DNA from: a bacterium
GTDB lineage: Bacteria > Patescibacteriota > Minisyncoccia > Phycocordibacterales > PALSA-1337
Length of the DNA stretch: 63,008 nucleotides
Direction of reading: 5' to 3'
Assembly (NCBI GenBank): GCA_025355565.1
Contig: JANXZK010000008.1
Coordinates: forward strand, 1-63,008
Shown here: one piece after another, positions 57,864-63,008 of the stretch
How positions within the stretch are numbered: the first letter of the stretch is position 1
Layout of the letters: every line of letters starts with the position of its first letter
Translations under genes and position numbers: made by a program
Notes under the pieces: generated by a model
The model's input: the letters and a program-made list of their open reading frames with translations, nothing else
Told to the model about the DNA's origin: nothing
Databases searched by the model: none

Positions 57864-58100
57864 TTATTCTGATAGGTGTGTCTTTATAAATGATCTCCCC
57901 GAACCAGATTTAAAATAAGTCTCAAGCTTAAAAGCAACATACTTATCATGAACGGCCACATAGAAGTCTAATTTCAATGGTCTTCGATTCATGGTAGCAG
58001 GAACGTTTCCCTTTTTATGTCTATCAAAGCGTTCTTTCAAGTCACTCGTACAGCCAACATAATAGCCATCCTTACATTTTAAACTGTATACATAATGCAT
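57864..58100 (-). CDS. GIY-YIG domain protein (small URI-type nuclease family)
   Basis: YVYSLKCKDGYYVGCTSDLKERFDRHKKG. The ATG at 58100 is preferred. Confidence 0.8.
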   Translation of the reverse strand: MHYVYSLKCKDGYYVGCTSDLKERFDRHKKGNVPATMNRRPLKLDFYVAVHDKYVAFKLETYFKSGSGRSFIKTHLSE

Positions 58101-58158
58101 ATATTTGTGTCGCCTTAGCACCTTCGCGACTTCGGCATACTAAAAGCGGATTTCATCA

Positions 58159-58203
58159 CGCCGTAGCTACGCCGTTACAATGAGCTCGCCTACGTCGCTT
58201 CGC
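58159..58203. repeat. 45-nt direct repeat, copy 1 (core of a ~90-bp GC-rich element)
   Basis: CGCCGTAGCTACGCCGTTACAATGAGCTCGCCTACGTCGCTTCGC is identical to 62735-62779. Confidence 0.95.
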
Positions 58204-58265
58204 TCGGCGCTAGCAAAGGACGGTGTGGAAGACGCTGGGGTTTGGGACAAGCGGATTTCACACCG

Positions 58266-58329
58266 TCCTTTCTCTTCTTTATTTTTTGCTGAATTAAATT
58301 CTAAATACTAGTTTGTGAAATGAACAAAA
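58266..58329. repeat. 64-bp inverted repeat, left arm
   Basis: Reverse complement of 62569-62632 with one mismatch. The 55-nt perfect core is 58275-58329. Confidence 0.95.
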
Positions 58330-58353
58330 ACTATAGGATATTTATTGTTGTAC

Positions 58354-61300
58354 TTATTCGTTATTTTGACGATTCTCGAAACGAACAGAATAAAAATCTT
58401 CACCATTCAAATAGGCAGGAAGCTTTTCATTTTTTGTTAAATAAAATCCTTTACTTTCAAACCACGATCGAATACGTTTATTCATTAGTAACGGATATGA
58501 AGTACTAGCTCGCGCTTCCGCTTCAATTGGCACTTTATACGCTGTTGCAACATCAAGCACTCTTTCCATCATCTTACGAGCAAGCGGTGATCCTCTAAAC
58601 TTGGGAAGCACAACCATATCGTATATATGAGCCGCCTGCTCTCCGTGATTAGTTTCAGATTCTTCCGGAAGAACTAGCAAGTATCCAGCGGCTTCGTCAC
58701 CTTGGCGAATAATAAAACTTGATGCCGCTCCAGGAACCTCAAGCTCTCTTTGTTTACGTAATACATCGACTATATGAGCTTTACCTTGTGTCATGCCAAC
58801 AGGATAAGCTTCCGCTTCCATTTTCGCGATCAAATCTGCATCACGCTCAGACAGATTCGCAAATGTAACAATTTTATCTAAAGACTCGACACCCCTAATT
58901 TTTGGCATATCATAAATTTGACCTCCAGTAGCATCTGAATATGATAATCTTGTTTTTGCACGATAGCTATTTTTTTCCAATTTTCCGCCCGGAGGAGTTA
59001 AGTCAGAATAGCCAGTGCCAACCTTCACTGGCTTGCTCGTGTATTCAGTCCAAAAAGTTTGATACACTCTAGATAAAAGAGGAGAAAGATTTTTGTAATT
59101 ATTAGCGACCTCAATATTGTCCAGGACAACCACATCACTTTTATCTTTTTCATTAACACTATCAACGACAACCGATTGTGCAATGATTCGCCCATTATAA
59201 CGAACTGTAAAATATTGAGTGGAAGGGTTAAACATGTAATCATCATTTTTTGAATCACCAAATGGCATACAACAATCTGTATAATTTCCACATACCCACC
59301 CTTCGGGATCAGATTTTGCATGTACTTGAGCTTCCACAATTGGTCCGACATCTACTTTCTGCTCACGCAACAAACGAATAACTTCTTCCTCCAAATCAAT
59401 CGGTACAGCATTGAGCAAATCAATTACTTGGAGTTTTTTCCCGTCTTCCTCTCGCCCTTTCACCAATTGATTCAACGCGAAGAAAAATCCTTTAGGATCC
59501 TTAGCAGTACCTCTGATTTTTTGTTTTTGTGAACCTAACCCCTCTCGCAGAGATTCGGTTAGCGCCCGCCCAACAAATGTTCGTGAGCGAGGAGTAAACG
59601 GCTGTTCTTTGTCCAATTTTCCCTCAAATAAATCTTGGAAATCAGCACGTTGTCGCATTGATTCAAGTGCTGCAAGATTAAACCCTGGTGCAGAAGTAAT
59701 TTCCAACAACTCTGGTGGAAATTTAGACATGTCTATATTGGATTCAATTCCCAAAATTCGCTTTTTAAGTTCCCTGACAGACTGTATTGGCCCCGAACTT
59801 AAAATAGGATCTCGCTCTTTACTGTAACGAGGCAACAAATTTATAAACTCTTGATTCTCGTCCATTGTCTCGATACCACCAAGTATTGACCTAGCATCTG
59901 CTACTTCTAATTTTTGAATATTTGGGCTCCACAAAAGAACATCGTGCCAGTTTGCTATTCGCCCATCAGTTCCACGAGTAGCATTGAACCGCATTAGATA
60001 ACCCTGCATAAGCTCACTGCCGACATGTTCAGCCGCTCCCTTATACCAATTCCGTATTTCTTCAGTTTGACCACTTAGACAAATACGGAAATCCATATCT
60101 GCTTTTCGTTCCGGTGCTTTACTAAATAGTTCGGACCACAGCTTACCTTCATTGCTAGCACGCCACGTTGCATACTTTACTAGTCCATTTGGGTCGAGTA
60201 AAACATAATCACTCGCATATTCGTAGTACAAACTAATTTCTTCGGGTGAAACCGCCTTACGCAATTCAGGTGACCAATCAGAAACCGCAAACTCAAGATC
60301 ATTTTCAATTCCTCCCTTAATCACACCCTCGAGGTAACGTTGTTTATCATTAGAAATAGCTATTCCACGCAAATCTTGCCCGCGCTCAAGCGCTTGAATA
60401 ATTAACCCCAGTGTTGCAGCTCTCCCTTTTTCTTGCTTTTGTTCACCATATGCAGGTTGTTCATCAACCCCTTGACCTAGTAACGCCACGATTATATTTT
60501 TATGTTTTTCTAGATACTCTTTTAATTTTTCTTCCGGAACATCAGCTTTAGAAAGATCATATCGATCCCAATTTACACTACTATCATTACGATAAAATCT
60601 ATCTTCTGGGGTACGACTTGGACTACTTTGCCATACTTGCTTAGCCAGCCAGTGCATTCGCTTGCCTTCATAGAATAAATCTCTAGATTTTCTTACTCCC
60701 ATTAGTTCAAGCCAACTTTTATCTTCCGCTTTTTTGCCAAGCTTTGCACGTGCCACCTCAATTTCACTTTTATTTCTTTCTTCAAGATATTTTAATAGAC
60801 CAGAACGCTCTAAAGTGTAAGCTTGATGCATTTGTTTCTTTAATTGATCAGGTTCAAGTTTAGCTATATCAAAATGCATTGATTGTAGGATAGAAAGACC
60901 TGTCAATTGTTCAGAAACATTTCGGTCGTCTTTATGTAAAACCTGCTGGGCTTTTTCTACTCCAACTAATTTTATAAAATCATAAATCTGATCAGCGGGA
61001 TAAAAATAAGGGCTTTCCTCTCCTCGTCCGCATAAATATTTAGAGATTACTTCTTTCTGTGCTGGCTCTAAGGTGTCGATAGCTTTTCTTGCTAGAATGT
61101 CGTGAACTCCCGACTTTGCATCTCGAATGACTGAAGTTCGATTAAAATTATCTGTATCAATAACTGGTCTGTTGTGTAAATCTGAATAAAAGAAATCCAG
61201 CGATGTTCCTGCTTTTTCTTCCGCATTCGGCTCTCTTAATAATTGCTCAACCCGCTTAGAATTTTGTCGAAACTCCTCATAATCTTTTTGGGGATTCTCT

Positions 61301-62310
61301 CCCATAAGTCCGTATTGCTTTGCAATTTTTTCATATTTAAAATGAAGCTGGTTTTTTATTTTACCTGCCGGTACAGCCGTAATCAGCAATTCTTTATTTT
61401 TGGGATATTCCAGTAAACTCTGAAGAAAAATATCCGTAGCCCATTTTTGCGACTGCTCGCGGATTTCTTTTTTTTCATTATCTCTTAAGAATTGATCGTA
61501 ACATTCATACCAGTCCCCTTTTTGCTTTTCAGTTACAGGTTCACCATAATTTTCTACATATCTTTTTTTAACTAATTCACCATATATTCTTTCGGGTTCT
61601 CCGCTTTGAATCAATTGGACATTTGACTGTATATCTTCGAATCTTTTCTTTACCGTTTGAATAAGCGCGTTGGCGTTCGTCACATCTCCTTCAATTAATT
61701 TACTTTCTTTCTCATTCCATACACGCATACCAAAGTCGTTAGCACATAGATAACGATCCTTTGCTCTAAAATAATATCTATGCGGAAACTTACTACCCGC
61801 ACCTCCCCCTACATTTTTTCGTGAATCAATGCGTAGAGCATCTTTCGCATAAGAAAGCGCAAGTAAATCGCTTGAGCTGATTTCATAATCAGAAAGCTGT
61901 CTTGCGTTTTCATATTCAGAAAGTTGTGTTCCTTCGGGATACTTTTCATCCGTCTGAAAAATAGCAGGTTTGCCATCTTGCTCGAATATATAATAATTTG
62001 CACCTAAAATTCCAATGTCTTTATTGGTTATTCCTAATCGCTCGATAAGCTGGGTATGGTTCTGTTCAGTAGACAAAAAGACAGGAAGTAATTGCTCGAA
62101 GTTTGCATCAACGTAATCCTCAACATCTTTATCAAATTCAAGACGAGTAAGTGGCTGTTCTGCCTTTGCAACTCCAAAACCTTCAGCAAGTTCAGGATGT
62201 ATTCCTTCCGTGCTTCGTGGAGAACGAATATGATCAGAAAGACCTTCTTCTATCTCTTTTTTCGCTTGCTTTTTTGAATAATCCTCTGGAATTGAAAATG
62301 ATTCGCGCAT
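58354..62310 (-). CDS. 1318-aa orphan protein with C-terminal GNAT acetyltransferase domain
   Basis: Uninterrupted 3.96-kb ORF with no signal peptide or TM. The last ~170 aa carry a GNAT pattern (YLLVLPEE..., IYDMVVLPKFRGSPLARKMMERVL = R-G-x-x-x-A CoA loop). I recognise no domain in the first ~1100 aa. Confidence 0.85.
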   Translation of the reverse strand: MRESFSIPEDYSKKQAKKEIEEGLSDHIRSPRSTEGIHPELAEGFGVAKAEQPLTRLEFDKDVEDYVDANFEQLLPVFLSTEQNHTQLIERLGITNKDIGILGANYYIFEQDGKPAIFQTDEKYPEGTQLSEYENARQLSDYEISSSDLLALSYAKDALRIDSRKNVGGGAGSKFPHRYYFRAKDRYLCANDFGMRVWNEKESKLIEGDVTNANALIQTVKKRFEDIQSNVQLIQSGEPERIYGELVKKRYVENYGEPVTEKQKGDWYECYDQFLRDNEKKEIREQSQKWATDIFLQSLLEYPKNKELLITAVPAGKIKNQLHFKYEKIAKQYGLMGENPQKDYEEFRQNSKRVEQLLREPNAEEKAGTSLDFFYSDLHNRPVIDTDNFNRTSVIRDAKSGVHDILARKAIDTLEPAQKEVISKYLCGRGEESPYFYPADQIYDFIKLVGVEKAQQVLHKDDRNVSEQLTGLSILQSMHFDIAKLEPDQLKKQMHQAYTLERSGLLKYLEERNKSEIEVARAKLGKKAEDKSWLELMGVRKSRDLFYEGKRMHWLAKQVWQSSPSRTPEDRFYRNDSSVNWDRYDLSKADVPEEKLKEYLEKHKNIIVALLGQGVDEQPAYGEQKQEKGRAATLGLIIQALERGQDLRGIAISNDKQRYLEGVIKGGIENDLEFAVSDWSPELRKAVSPEEISLYYEYASDYVLLDPNGLVKYATWRASNEGKLWSELFSKAPERKADMDFRICLSGQTEEIRNWYKGAAEHVGSELMQGYLMRFNATRGTDGRIANWHDVLLWSPNIQKLEVADARSILGGIETMDENQEFINLLPRYSKERDPILSSGPIQSVRELKKRILGIESNIDMSKFPPELLEITSAPGFNLAALESMRQRADFQDLFEGKLDKEQPFTPRSRTFVGRALTESLREGLGSQKQKIRGTAKDPKGFFFALNQLVKGREEDGKKLQVIDLLNAVPIDLEEEVIRLLREQKVDVGPIVEAQVHAKSDPEGWVCGNYTDCCMPFGDSKNDDYMFNPSTQYFTVRYNGRIIAQSVVVDSVNEKDKSDVVVLDNIEVANNYKNLSPLLSRVYQTFWTEYTSKPVKVGTGYSDLTPPGGKLEKNSYRAKTRLSYSDATGGQIYDMPKIRGVESLDKIVTFANLSERDADLIAKMEAEAYPVGMTQGKAHIVDVLRKQRELEVPGAASSFIIRQGDEAAGYLLVLPEESETNHGEQAAHIYDMVVLPKFRGSPLARKMMERVLDVATAYKVPIEAEARASTSYPLLMNKRIRSWFESKGFYLTKNEKLPAYLNGEDFYSVRFENRQNNE

Positions 62311-62383
62311 AAAATTAATTACTAATAATTATTGATAATTAGCATAATGATAGCAATTTTTTATAGAATATGCTAGTATAAAA

Positions 62384-62503
62384 ATGGTTAAATTTTCTGT
62401 TCAAACGAGCAGAAAGTGCCGAAAGGCAATGAAGACAAAGACAACCTCCTAGAGGTACTGTCTGGCGGAGTAGAACACAGGTTCTGCTCCGCCTAAATTT
62501 TTA
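62384..62503 (+). ncRNA. candidate small divergent transcript (sRNA or leaderless 22-codon ORF) ending in a strong terminator
   Basis: Possible extended -10 (TGCTAGTAT at 62371-62379). Terminator GGCGGAGTAGAAC-ACAG-GTTCTGCTCCGCC plus TAAATTTTT at 62464-62503. Internal ACCTCCTAGAGGT hairpin. Confidence 0.35.
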
Positions 62504-62568
62504 TCCTAACAACACCCAACCTAGATATCTTTAAAATAGGACTGTAAAATTTATAAATATTCTATCGA

Positions 62569-62632
62569 TTTTGTTCATTTCACAAACTAGTATTTAGAAT
62601 TTAATTCAGCAAAAAATAAAGAAAAGAAAGGA
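62569..62632. repeat. 64-bp inverted repeat, right arm
   Basis: Reverse complement of 58266-58329 with one mismatch. Confidence 0.95.
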
Positions 62633-62734
62633 GCGAAGGCGCAATGCCCCATAAAGACAGAGTCGCAAAGTGACACAATATTTTACCCCTCAGGATTCTC
62701 GACGAAAAAAGTTCGAACTTCAAGTAAAAACTGC

Positions 62735-62779
62735 CGCCGTAGCTACGCCGTTACAATGAGCTCGCCTACGTCGCTTCGC
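62735..62779. repeat. 45-nt direct repeat, copy 2
   Basis: Identical to 58159-58203. Embedded between 17-nt inverted arms (62705-62721 and 62814-62830). Confidence 0.95.
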
Positions 62780-62844
62780 GACTTAGGCGTAGCGAAGGCG
62801 GGGAGTGTGGAACGAAGTTGGAACTTTTTTGGCTAGTAATATGT

Positions 62845-63008
62845 CTAAAATGTAACCCCCAATTTTGCTGTCAGACCAAAGCTGAAATGACATCTGTTGT
62901 AGTCTGAATTAATGTGTTCCTGTTTTATGTGCTCGGCGAAATTTTTTTCAAGAATTCCATCTTCTCCAAGGATGATCTTTGGGTGGTATCCTTGGCGGTT
63001 TTCGTGTC
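62845..63008 (-). CDS. 3' end of an ORF running off the window (function unknown)
   Basis: 53 codons open to the window edge: ...HENRQGYHPKIILGEDGILEKNFAEHIKQEHINSDYNRCHFSFGLTAKLGVTF*. Confidence 0.35.
   Translation of the reverse strand, partial: HENRQGYHPKIILGEDGILEKNFAEHIKQEHINSDYNRCHFSFGLTAKLGVTF

Noticed and set aside
58258-62640. Target-site duplication next to the 64-bp inverted repeats
   Set aside because: I compared the flanks of both the 64-bp arms and the 55-bp perfect core and found no direct repeat. A simple cut-and-paste transposon with a target duplication is therefore not supported by the sequence alone.

Overview
This is a 63-kb chromosomal window. All long ORFs are intact under the standard code, and TGA is used as a stop. 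The gene content includes gatCA, ligA, hisS, tyrS, 7 tRNAs, a complete type IV pilus (T4P) cluster rich in GFTLIE-type pilins, comF and many small membrane proteins, with no biosynthetic operons. That content suggests a small-genome Patescibacteria/CPR-like bacterium, but this taxonomic call is inference only.

Layout:
- 0-3 kb: an IS30 copy and a membrane sensor kinase.
- 3-6.6 kb: a minus-strand block of hisS, a truncated HisRS paralog, small ORFs and an M42 peptidase, bracketed by a 26-bp direct repeat.
- 7-13 kb: a radical-SAM/SPASM enzyme with an MA-clan peptidase, a PlsC-like acyltransferase, two tRNA-Thr, and a type II R-M locus with two methyltransferases.
- 13.7-18.3 kb: a visibly AT-rich islet with a SAM methyltransferase, a membrane histidine phosphatase, a Nudix-nucleotidyltransferase fusion, a GT2 and a GT8.
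- 18.8-24.7 kb: tRNA-Asp, tRNA-Met/Ile, tRNA-fMet, gatCA and ligA.
- 24.7-45 kb: the T4P cluster, split by an AT-rich ~8-kb glycan-assembly island that places a Wzy_C/O-antigen-ligase-like protein directly downstream of a pilin gene.
- 45-47.8 kb: comF, tyrS and tRNA-Leu.
- 47.8-63 kb: a decayed accessory region. It holds an IS630 element interrupted by an IS1634-like element, an IS982-like transposase, KilA-N and recombinase relics, an AAA ATPase, a GIY-YIG gene, and a 1318-aa orphan protein with a C-terminal GNAT domain.

My top candidate for something undescribed is the 4.2-kb module holding that orphan protein, which is bracketed by 64-bp near-perfect inverted repeats. The next candidates are the Nudix-NTase/phosphatase cluster beside the R-M locus, the pilin-glycosylation-like island, and the rSAM-SPASM-RRE/peptidase pair. 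I saw no rRNA, CRISPR array or cas genes.
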